Positions 10,863 to 21,708 of a stretch of 64,000 nt of DNA are shown piece after piece. Both the position numbers and the translations under genes were made by a program. The stretch spans positions 145,204,001 through 145,268,000 of the forward strand of contig CM059432.1 in the NCBI GenBank assembly GCA_030390025.1, read 5' to 3'. The notes under the pieces are model-generated. The model worked only from the letters and a program-made list of their open reading frames with translations, did no database searches and was not told where the DNA came from. How positions within the stretch are numbered: position 1 is the first letter of the stretch; every line of letters starts with the position of its first letter. The stretch comes from Squalus acanthias. Its lineage: Eukaryota.

Positions 10863-11236
10863 TGGGTAGTGTAGTGGTCATTTTACTGGCCTAGTAATCC
10901 TGGACTAAGAATCTAGGGAAGGTGAGTTTAAAACAAAAATTGGCAATAAAATCACTAAAAAAGGACTTTGAAGCTGTGGGATTGTTGTTAAAAAAAAACA
11001 CCTGGTTCGCTAATGTCCCTTTAGGGAAGGAAACCTGCCGTCCTTACCTGGTCTGGCCCTATATGTGACTCCAGTCCCACACCAATGTGGTTGACTATTA
11101 ACTGCCCTCTGAAGTGGATTAGCAAGACACTCAGTTGTATCGAACCGCTACCAGCGGTTCAAGAAGAAGGCCCACCACCACCTTCTCAGGGCAACTAGAG
11201 ATGGGCAATAAATGCCAGCCTTGCCAGTGGTGCCCA
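10863..11236 (+). mobile_element. tRNA-derived SINE whose 3' tail matches the LINE ending at ~60.3 kb
   Basis: A-box-like TAGTGTAGTGG at the 5' end. Tail 11152-11236 aligns with 60208-60293. A partial related copy lies at ~7885-8000. Confidence 0.7.
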
Positions 11237-11269
11237 TTTGAAATGAATCACACTTTTTATGTCGTCTAA

Positions 11270-11515
11270 GGGGCAGCCGATTTGCACACAACTAGCCCCA
11301 CATAAGTGACCAGGTAATCTGTCTTAGGTGTTGTTTCAGGGAGGAATGTTGGCCAGGACACCTGAAGAACTCTCTGCTCTTCAAATAAGTGCTATAGGAT
11401 CTTTTACATCCACCTGACAGGGGAGACAGAGCCTGGTTTAAAGTCTCATCCCAAAGACGGCACTTCCGACAGTGCAGCACTCCCTCAGTACTGCACCGAA
11501 ATGTAAGCCTGACTT
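11270..11515 (-). mobile_element. Deu-SINE (SacSINE1-like) fragment
   Basis: Shares the GATCTTTTACATCCACCTGA...AAAGACGGCACTTCCGACAGTGCAGCACTCCCTCAGTACTGCAC block with copies at 51.2 kb and 53.9 kb. Family name recognised from memory, not from a search. Confidence 0.75.
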
Positions 11516-12131
11516 AGAGTTGACAGGCACAGAGCCAGGCTTGACTCTCATTAAAATATCAGGATCATTAATTCCAAATGAACTATTTTAAAAAAAGAAA
11601 TAATGACTAAGTACTCTCTGGGTACTCTCTTTAGCCGAGAGTGCTGGGGTACAGACTTGGTATAAAATTGCTGACAAGATTCACCAGCACTGAGACAGTC
11701 CATTAATTCTGAATTGAGAACGTTTTATTTAAGATGTTTTCTAGTCAGTTTCTTGAAGTGAATAATCACCACACGCCTGTCCCAACGTGACATCAGTCAC
11801 ACCATCGCCACTACACATCTTATTTGAACTGTATTTAATGTTATTTCGCAGATAATTTCATGATTCAAAGCTCCATGCATATTTTGGAAGTATGTAATGT
11901 TCTCTTATTATCGTGGCAGTTCCTATATCCCATTGGACTTTGCCATGCAGTGAATCGTGTTGATAAAATCTTCCCTTAAAACATATATAGAACCGTCACA
12001 AATCAGAAGGATGAAAAACTGATCAGCGTTTTATCTTGCAGAAACTGTTCGGAGCCCTTTATCCACAGCGCGCAGATCGAGTGCCCGGAATCGCACATCA
12101 GCAGTCGACATGTAAATCGCACAGTTTAAAT

Positions 12132-12308
12132 ACCAGGTTATAGTCCAACAGCTTTATTTGAAATCACAAGCTTTCTGAGCGCTGCTCCTTCGTCAGGTGA
12201 AGTGAAGAAAGCTTGTGATTTCAAATAAAGCTGTTGGACTATAATCTGGTGTTGTGCGACTTCTCACATTTGTCCACCCCAGTCCAACACCGGCATCTCC
12301 ACATCATG
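12132..12308. mobile_element. Penelope-like element remnant with 44-bp inverted repeat and hammerhead-like motif
   Basis: Inverted repeat 12132-12175 / 12207-12250 with one mismatch. CTGACGA...GAAA core on the - strand at 12164-12200. Confidence 0.7.
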
Positions 12309-13785
12309 TTTAAATACACGCTGTAAACTCAGTCTCCCTGTCAACTATCCTGAAAATAATGGGCAAACTCCCGGCATCATTCTCAACAAGTTAGACAGAG
12401 ATTTACCACCGAGCAGGCTCGGGTTGGACGCGGCCGGTGGGACTGTTCGCTCCGCCTGCCTCTCTCGGCGGTATTGTCCGGGCCCGGGAGAGGGAGCCTG
12501 TGTCCGCCCGTCAGTCCGAGGCTTTCCGGGTGCGGGCACTCTTTGCTGATACTGGCACCCGCCCGCACCCCCCTCCCCTCCCACAGTGTCCCCTTAATGT
12601 TTCAACTCAAAGAGACATTTATCACAGGTTGCAACAAGAGCTTCGTGTTAATTTTGCGAGCATTCAGTTTAAATTGTAGTTACTTTAAGCTTTAAACAGG
12701 TTCGGTTCAGGCAGATTACTGTTTCCACACGAGTTCCAGCCGCTTGTGTTGGTGCGGCCGTGGTTGGAGGTCCCGATCCCGCGGTGTCCGGTTCGATACC
12801 GGAGTCATGCTGGTTTTCAAGGACTGCCAAGATAGAAAGATAATCTGCAGGCGCGAGTTTGCCGTGAGCCCATTGTTTCAGTTGTGTCCTTTTGGTAAAG
12901 GGGGCATTTCGTCAGAAACTGAGGGTTATTTTGTGGCCAATATCACATTGTTCAAACAAGATGCGGCGAGCGATCCTGCAGGGAAAGTGACCCGAGTGAG
13001 GAGGACCCGACTGGCGCCTCAGAACCGATGTAATTCGGATCGTTTATGAAACATTTAAAAGGTCAGCCAGGCTCGGACAGAACTGGGAATGTTTGTATTA
13101 GGTTTCAGGGTTTAAAGGATAGATTTAGATTAAACAAGGAGGGGCTTTTCTATATCAATCTGGAAATAAAACTCTGTAAAGTTGCACTTTGACTCTAACT
13201 TTTTAAAAAAGTTACCCATTTAAAACATGCACAACTTTTAAAATCTTTACTATACCCCATGTGCACATTAACAACCGGATTAAAATAAATGTTTCTATTT
13301 GTTAATAGTTTCGGCAAAGTTTTGTGCAGCGCTGACTCGATCTGTTTGAGTTTAATTTTATGTGTGTCGTTATTTTTATGGCCTAATACGCCTTAATGAG
13401 ATTAAATTCGTTATTTAACACAAGTAACTGGTTCAGTCTCAATGCATAATAAATGGCCATGACTATTTCAATAAAGTGCATGATCAAGTTGGCCGACTGT
13501 GACCCGATATGAACCCAGACCCGGCTCCGTGTTGACCGAGTGAGACTGCGGCGTGTAATGGGGGTAATTTTAACTGAACTGGCCAGGGTGGAACGCCGGT
13601 TTTACGCCCCGCCCCGCCCAATATTCCTCTCCACTGACTCCAATTTGCCAAACGGGTGGGTTAGTTTAAATCGTATTCGATGCCTTCTGTTTTTGTAAAT
13701 AAAGGGGCACAAAATTCACAAATGGTGCAGAAAGCGCCATTCGAACCCAGACTCTGTCCCCTTGCATCGACGCTCTACCCCAACC

Positions 13786-13984
13786 TGCGGTTCAGTAACT
13801 GACTGACGGGCTGGTTAGTTCCAACTGCACAAAGAATCTAAAGTTACTTCCCATAAAACTCGGCTCCCGCTCACATCAACCACATCTGTTTGTGAGGAAC
13901 ACAGATTCCCAACATCAGGAGCCTCGGCAGCGGTTTTAAACTGGGAAATTCCCCGAATCCTGCACTAGAACTCAGGGGTTTCCC
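13786..13984. promoter_or_regulatory. Candidate TCR-gamma 3' enhancer (motif cluster)
   Basis: Runx TGCGGTT (13786) next to Myb TAACTG (13796); CAACTG (13822); Runx AACCACA (13878) overlapping E-box CATCTG; NF-kB GGGAAATTCC (13943) and GGGGTTTCCC (13975); GAS-like TTCCCCGAA (13949). Motif evidence only. Confidence 0.4.
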
Positions 13985-14520
13985 ACTTCTCCCAAAATAA
14001 GCGAACGGCGATCGTCCAGGTTCGAAGTTGAACGATTTTGGATTCATTTTGTAACGAATTCGTTAGTATAAAAAAATGCAAATGATCCTGAAAGCGAGAA
14101 CGCTAGAACTTGTCTGTAAAGTGAGGAGGGATTACCGCGAGTTTCCACCATTCTCTCCTCTTACTCTGCTCCATTTACTTTCTTTCGCCTTTCACTCTCT
14201 CTAAACACAGTCACTGGCATTAATCTCAATTTAAACAGAAAATGATCGGGTTTACCAACCGGGGCAAATGGGCGAAGTGAAATAATTTCTGTAATGTGTA
14301 AAACCCTCGTCAAACGAAAAACTCCACAAAAATAACAAACTTTTTATAACTGGGTTTTTAAGAATTATTGATACGAATTAAATAACTTCTTTAATAAACT
14401 TCACTGAATACCGAGTTAGCCCGCGGTTAAAAGCGACCGTTGAGGCTTTCATTGCTGCAGTCGTCACGGAAAATGTGGTTAGTTATTTATCGCTGGGCGG
14501 GCAATAAGCCAGCTGCAGAA

Positions 14521-14631
14521 CTGATGTTAAACCCAGACTGGAGCGGGCTCACGGGCTGATGTTAAACCCAGACTGGAGCGGGCTCACGGGCTGATGTTAA
14601 ACCCAGACTGGAGCGGGCTCACGGGCTGATG
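14521..14631. repeat. Three exact tandem copies of a 35-bp unit
   Basis: CTGATGTTAAACCCAGACTGGAGCGGGCTCACGGG x3 plus a partial copy. Confidence 0.95.
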
Positions 14632-14669
14632 CTAAGAGTGTTACAGTGAGGGGTGTGGGGTATGTCCCC

Positions 14670-15190
14670 TTTATAAATAAAGGCATAGAGTATAAAAGCA
14701 AGGACGTTATGCTAAATATTTATAAAACACTGGTCAGGCCTCAGCTGAAGTATTGTGTCCAATTCTCCCCACCACACTTTAGGAAGGATGTCGAGGCCTT
14801 GGAGAGGGTGCAGAGGAGATTTACTAGAATGGTCCCAGGGATGCGGGACTTCAGTTACATGGATAGACTGGAGAAGCTGGGGTTGTTCTCCTTAGGGCAG
14901 AGAAGGTTAAGGGGAGATTTGATAGAGGTGTTCAAAATCATGAGGGGTTTTGATCGAGTAAATAAGGAGAAACTGTTTCCACTATCAGGAGGGTCGGTAA
15001 CCAGAGGACACAGATTTAAGATAATTGGCAAAAGAACCAGAGGTGAGATGAGGCAAAAAAAAATGCAGCGAGTTGCTATGATCTGGAATGCACTGCCTGA
15101 AAGGGTGGTGGAAGCAGATTCAATAGTCATTTTCAAAAGGATAATTGCATAAATACTTGAAAAGGAAACAATGCAGGGCTATGGGGAACA
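14670..15190 (+). mobile_element. CR1 LINE 3' fragment
   Basis: ORF 14646-15152: GIEYKSKDVMLNIYKTLVRPQLKYCVQF...LRGDLIEVFKIM. Confidence 0.92.
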
Positions 15191-15689
15191 CGTGCTTATG
15201 TTCAGGGGTGTTGGAAGCAACACATGAAGATCTTTTAAATTATTCTATTAAATATTCTACAGAATGACAAACGGTTATTTCATGCTTTAACTCTGTTCAG
15301 AGCACTGCTGGCTACTTCCGGAGCTCAAACAGATATCAGATTAACAAACTTGCTGCAGTTGACAAAACAGGATATCTACTAGTAATTTAATCAGAATTTT
15401 AAATCTCTAGTTTTTAGCCTAGTAACTGGGGTACGTCAGTGAGTAAACCTGTGACATCCTGGTCATCTTTGTTCTGTTCAATTTCCTCGAGAATTGTCAT
15501 CTTTCTCACCTAAGTACCAAGTACAGAAGTTCAGTTCTCCTTTACTGCCTCCTTCTCTTCACTCTTAAAAAACTGTGAAAATATAGGTAGAAGTGGTGAA
15601 AAGTTAAAAGACACATTATTAGTACAACAATATTGGGAAGTAAAATCTTACTTTGGCTGGTATCAAATATTTTTCTGAAGCCTTGCTTA

Positions 15690-16110
15690 AACTTGGCTTG
15701 TATTCCCTTGGGTTTAGGAGACTGAGGGGTGATCTGATCAAGATGTTTAAAATGTTAAAAGGATTTGATAGGGTAGATACGGAGAAACTATTTCCTCTGG
15801 TAGGGGAATCAAGAACAAGGGGGACATAATCTTAAAATTAGAACTAGACCATTCAGGAGCAAAATCAGGAAGCAATTTTTCACACAAAAGGTAGTAGAAA
15901 TCTGGAACTCGCTCCCTCAAAAGGCCGTGGAGGCTGGGGGTCAATTGGAGCTTTCAAAACTGAGTTTGATAGATTTTTGTTGGGTAAGAGTATCAAGGGA
16001 TATGGAGCAAAGGTGGGTAAATGGAGTGGAGATACAGATCAGCCATGATCTAATTGAATGGTTGAACAGACTCGAGGGGCTGAATGGCCTCCTCCTGTTC
16101 CTATGTTCTT
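15690..16110 (+). mobile_element. CR1 LINE 3' end
   Basis: LRGDLI-type coding remnant followed by the CR1 3' UTR (...GAGGGGCTGAATGGCCTCCTCCTGTTCCTATGTTC). Confidence 0.88.
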
Positions 16111-16475
16111 TTACTGCCTGCAGCTAATGGGATGTGTGGGAAGAGCAGTCCCAGGTAACAAGCGTAAAACTAAAAAAATTTGAGAGATGTAGGACAATTA
16201 CCAAATAAGGTTTGGTGCAATTTGAGTAAATATGTGCTTTTAATTTATTTCCAGAAACGTATGTTGAGTTGTCATTAAAGGAAAGTGAGACAAGTTAAAG
16301 CGGGAGTTTTTTTTTAATCTAAGGTAATCCCCTCGCCCGACCTTCAAAGTCTACAGAAATCAGAGAATATTTCCTCCCTAAGAGTTCATATTCTTTCTGT
16401 TAGATCACATTGGATGATAACTGAAAGCAGTGTGGGGCGGGATCTATGCTGCAGTCCTTGGGCTCTCCTGGAGGA

Positions 16476-16569
16476 CAAAAATGAGAAGTCGCACAACACC
16501 AGGTTATAGTCCAACAGTTTTATTTAAAATTACGAGCTTTCGGAGCGGCTGCTCCTTCGTCAGGTAAAG
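16476..16569 (-). mobile_element. Short Penelope-type insertion carrying a minimal hammerhead ribozyme motif
   Basis: Flanked by an 11-bp direct repeat CTCCTGGAGGA (16465-16475 and 16570-16580). Homologous to the 12.1 kb element. Confidence 0.72.
16530..16567 (-). ncRNA. Minimal type I hammerhead ribozyme motif
   Basis: - strand reads UUAC CUGACGA A GGAGC AGCC GCUCC GAAA GC UC GUAA: conserved core, 5-bp stem II, palindromic AGCU stem III, stem I UUAC/GUAA. Confidence 0.65.
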
Positions 16570-19369
16570 CTCCTGGAGGAGTTCAGGTGCCTGGGCTTTA
16601 AGCTGCTTTTACACTGCCCCAGACCTAGACTGCTGCCATTGGTTCCCAAAGCTCGGGTTTACAGCAATCCCAAAGTAAACTGACCCATTCTCTGAGGCTG
16701 ACAATGGGGTAGACCAGCAGAATAAACTCGGTGACCTCCCTCGTCTCCTGAATTATTCCACTAATTTTCCACTGTTGAGCATCCGGAACCACTTTGCCCC
16801 AATTCAACAATTATGATATAATGGCACCCTGAGAGGATGGAGAGGACGAGTGTGAAAGAGGAGGGGAGAGTGTGAAAGAGAAAAGTGTGAAAGAGGAGAG
16901 AGTGAAATAGGAGAGTGTGGAAGAGGAGAGTGTGAAAGAGGAGAGTGTGAAAGAGGAGGGGGAGGAGCACAGCCAGTGTCGGAGCAGGGAATGACTGACC
17001 GCAACTTCAGGATTTCCGCATTGGGATGCGCATGCGCTAAATCCTGAAGTTGCGGTCAGTTTCAAAGGGGTAATAACAGCGAACGCTGTTTGTTCGCTAT
17101 TATTACCCATCGCAAATTCCATGCCAATATAGAAATTTCAGCCCCTCAGCGCCGACTCCACATCGAACGATCCAATTTAAGCTAATCCCATTTCCTCATT
17201 TTCTCTTTGACCTGGGCATCGGACCTCAGCCCTCACAAAGGAAGTTCAGTCTTTGGTGAATTATTCTTTGAACACATTCTCCTCTTGCCCTTCAATCTCT
17301 TTCCTCACCAAATTCTGTGGTCTTCCAACTGTGGCCTCTTGTGCATCCGCCTCCATTTGCCCCACCATTGGCGGCCGTGCCTTCAACTGCCTTCGCTTTA
17401 AGCTCAGGAATTCCCTCCCTGAACCTCTCCGCCTCTCCACCTCTTAAAACCCACCACTTTAATCAAACTTTTTGTTGCCCCTCCACATATCTCCTCCTTT
17501 GGCTCAGTCTCCATGCTGTTCATTACACCTTCGCGCAATGGGACATTTTGCTACATTGAAGGCTTTTATAAATGCCAGTTCTTGTTAAATGTCTAACACT
17601 ATTTTAATTTTCTATCCCCATTCTCTTTTTACACTTTTGCTGGATGATTAAGGCAAATTTCTGCCCGCTGTTTTGAAAATGATTGCTCACATCTTTATCT
17701 GGAGTCTTAGGGCTGGATTTTGCCAATGGGGAGCTTTTGGAGGCGGGACTCCCACTTGTCGGGTTTCAGTCCCGCCTCCATCAACTTATGGCCAACCCAC
17801 GGTTACAGAGAACGTCAATGTATGACATTTCATCTGTCAAAAATTTTTGACAGATGAATTGTCATCATTTGACAGCTCTGTGAACCTGTCAAACACTGAC
17901 ATTCTCTGTAGTTTGATGAGTTCTTGAATTCAAGACCTCCTCAAACCTCTTTCTTTTGCAGAAAGGAGATGGTTGCTGCACTGGAGAACGCAATGGCCAT
18001 CTGTCATCTCTACCGCGGAGGTGCGAGGCTCTCCGCAAACCCACCGACTGAAGCCTGCAGGAAGAAACTTTTTCTAACACTTTGCACTTACCTCAGATAC
18101 TCACCTCTCCACACTTGCACCCATCACTCACCTCCACAGCACACTTTTGGACCCCTCTGACCCCCGCAGACCCACTACTCACCTCGGTGACCCTGGCGGG
18201 TTTCGGAGCCTTCGGGAAGCCTGCACTTGTGTGGGCAAAATGGGGATAATCCTATTTTCTGCCTATTAACTCCCTGTTAACAGGCAGTTAATAGGCTTTA
18301 ATCCCTTCCCGCCTCCAAGGAGACGGAACCAGGCGCGGGACAGCTACCCGCCTCCTGGCAAGATGGCATGGAGGCGGGTTGGGCACCCGCCCCCAAATTC
18401 TGCCATTTTCCCGGCAGTCCTGCCTCCAAACCCACCTCCCCAGAGCTGGCAAAATCCAGCTATTACTCCCTCCATTACTAACACTCTGCAAATTGAACTG
18501 CTTTTATATTGGCCTTCCTTTAATGCAGATTCCCAGAACCCCATATTTTAGACTTGGCATTCCCCAGCAGGCAGTCCTGTATGTCCAATTCCGCCAGAAT
18601 TCCAATTAATAGTACCCAACCTCTGGTGAGCTCACAGTATCAGAAGTGCTTTTATAAAACGGGCATGTTTTGTTCAGATTAGGTGTCTTCAGGCTCCCTA
18701 ATTCCACAGAGATTTGTAGATGCCATGTTCTATGATAAGGGAGTTGTGTTTAGCCATGTAAATGCTGGGATCTTACTCATTCACCGATGCCTGACTTGTG
18801 AAATCCCAACTGAATGAGCTTCAGTCTAAAAGCAGCTCCAGTTGAGGTTGGGCCGCCACATAAAACCAGATGTCTATGATCTGCTTTAGCTGTGCCAGTT
18901 TTGAATCACTAATCTCCAGTGGCGAGCAGAGAAGCAAGTGTTGGGCGTTTATCTGAGTTGTCACTCCCCTGCAACTTATGGGAATCTAATAATAGTGCCA
19001 GAAACTCAAAGCAAACTAGTCAATCTGCAGAAAGTACCAGACTAGGAGGTTGTGGAAGTGAAGGAGGCATAGAAACATAGAAGATAGGAGCAGGAGTAGG
19101 CCATTTGGCCCCTCGAGCCTGCTCCGCCATTCAATGAGATCATGGCTGATCATCCAAATTCAGAGGCAGATCAGGAATGATAAATTGAGTGTGGCAAATT
19201 ATGTACATGGCCAGAGCAATGGCAGATAGAATGTAAAAGGAAAGAAATATATATGTGCATTTAGAATGCAGACAAGTGCAAAGGACTACAGATGGTGGGG
19301 GAGACAAAGTATTACACATCCTCCATGAATAGTGTTGAAATATTTAAGGTGAAGCAGAAAGAGGCCATG

Positions 19370-21708
19370 GGGGCGAAATTCGGTTACGCCCCGTTTGGGG
19401 GCGGTAACCAAATTATCGCCGGAGATTTAGCGCCCGGCGCAGAAGTACCACCTCAGCCGCTAAATTCGGCTTACCGCCCCGGCGAGGAAGCGGAGCGCGC
19501 GCTCTGCGTAGCGCTGACGTGTTTCAGCGCCCAACCCTTCCGTTAAAGGGGAGGGATGTTGGGAGCCCTGCAGGGCCTCCGATGGCCTACACCAGCCCAC
19601 CAGGGCGGCGCGGTGCAGGGCTGCGCGATGGCGGCCACGGACCACGCCAAGGGTTGCCACGGAGAGCTGACCTGGAGGTCGGTCAAAGAAAGAAAATGGT
19701 GGCGCGGGTCGCGGCCGCACCTCCCTTTAATTAGTGCCCCGTGAGCGGAGGTCGGCCCGGCTCGCGACCCACGGCAGCCTCGCGGGGCGCAGCCAAATTT
19801 CTGCCGTGGGGCGGTAAGGGGTTACATAGATACATAGATACATAGAAGATAGGAGCAGGAGTAGGCCATCTGGCCCTTCGAGCCTGCTCCGCCATTTAAT
19901 GAGATCATGGCTGATCCTCCAATTCAGTATCCCGTCCCCGCCTTCTCTCCGTAACCCTTAACCCCTTTTGCCTGTAGAAATATATCTAATTCCCTCTTAA
20001 ATATATTTAATGAGCTGGCGTACACTGCCCTCTGTGGCAATGAGTTCCACAGGTTCACCACCCTCTGAGTGAAGAAATTCCCCCTCATTTCTGTCCTAAA
20101 TGGTTTAGCCCTTATCCTTAAATTATGTCCTCTAGTTCTGTTCTCACCCGCCAAGGGAAACATTCCTTCTGCATCTAGTCTGTCTAGACCTGTCAGAATT
20201 TTATACACTTCTATGAGGTCCCCTCTCAATCTTCTAAACTCCAGTGTGTACATCCCTAAACTACATAGTCTCTCCTCATAGGTCAATCCCGCCATTCCTG
20301 GTATCAGCCTGGTGAATCGCCGCTGCACCCCCTCCATGGCAAGAACATCTTTCCTCAGATGAGGCGACCAAAACTGTACACAGTACTCGAGGTGTGGTCT
20401 CACCAGTGCCCTGTACAGCTGCAGCAAGGTATCCCTGTTCCTGTATTCCAACCCTTTTGCTATGAAGGCCAGCATACCGTTTGCCTTCTTGACCGCCTGT
20501 TGCACCTGCATGCTCGCCTTCAGTGACTGGTGTACAAGAACACCCAGGTCTCTCTGTACTTCCCCCTCTCCCAATTTATTGCCATTTAAATAATAATTTG
20601 CCCTCCCGTTCCTGCACCCAAGGTGGATAACTTCGCACTTGTCCACATTATAGTGCATCTGCCATTTATCCGCCCAATCACCCAGTCTGTCCAAATCGCT
20701 CTGGAGCTTCCTGGTCTCCTCCTCTGAGCCCACCCCCCCTCCTAGTTTGGTGTCGTCTGCAAATTTGGAAATGCTGCATCCGACTCCCTGATCCAGGTCA
20801 TTAATGTAAATTGTGAACAGCTGGGGACCCAGGACAGATCCCTGTGGTACCCCACTTGTTACTGCCTGCCATTCAGAAAATGAGCCGTTTATTCCAACTC
20901 TCTGTTTTCTATCTGACAGCCAGTTCTCTATCCACGTCAATACTTTCCCCTTTATCCCATGAGCTTCAATTTTCCCTGCTAATCTTTTATGTGGGACCTT
21001 ATCGAAGGCCTTTTGGAAGTCCAGGTACACCACATCTACTGGCTCTCCCCCATCTATTTTACCAGTTACTCCCTCAAAAAATTCCAATAGATTAGTCAAG
21101 CACGATTTACCCTTTGTAAATCCATGTTGACTCTGTCCTATCCTGTCCCCATTTGCTAAGTGCTCCGCTATTTCATCCTTAATGATGGACTCCAGCATTT
21201 TGCCCACAACTGATGTAAGGCTTACAGGTCTGTAATTACCTGCTTTTTCCCTACCCCCCTTTTTGAATAGTGGGGTAACGTTAGCTACCCTCCAATCCAT
21301 GGGCACTGTTCCCGAGTCTAATGAATTCTGAAAAATCATACTTAGTGCATCCGCTATCTCTAGGGCCACCTCCTTCAGTACCCTAGGATGCATGTTATCA
21401 GGCCCTGGGGATTTGTCCGCCTTCAATCCCTTTAGCTTCCTTAACACCATATCCTTAGAGATATTGATTTGCGTCAGTTCCTCCTTTGCCAATGTCCCTA
21501 TTTTTCCCGATAACCCAGGTGCACAGTGATGACGTCATCCTCAGTGCGCAGCGGCCCGGGGCGCTACCGGCGGGGGCACGGCGCTATTGGCTAGCGCCTC
21601 AGTAGAACCCCGCCGAAGTTCTCGGGAGGCGCCCCGCCTGGGCGATAAGCCCTTTGCGCCCCCCGGAGGCATCAATGGCAGGCGCAAGGGAGCTGAATTT
21701 CAGGGCCC
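19370..21708. mobile_element. Non-autonomous GC-rich DNA transposon (PIF/Harbinger-like MITE) interrupted by a CR1
   Basis: Imperfect terminal inverted repeats GGGGCGAAATTC / GAATTTCAGGGCCC, with ATG on both sides (19367-69, 21709-11). It splits an older CR1 remnant. Confidence 0.55.
19826..21510 (-). mobile_element. Young 5'-truncated CR1 LINE with an uninterrupted RT frame
   Basis: 522-aa open frame 19924-21492 with all RT motifs ([28 protein letters not shown]) and an intact 3' tail with (CATAGATA)n on the + strand. Confidence 0.96.

Noticed and set aside
12582-12620. CACAGTG heptamer 3' of C (possible inverted or downstream V/D segment)
   Set aside because: No nonamer at 12 or 23 bp, and no V-domain frame (Cys/Trp/YxC) nearby.
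14521-14631. 35-bp direct repeats resembling a CRISPR array
   Set aside because: No spacers (pure tandem copies) and a eukaryotic context.
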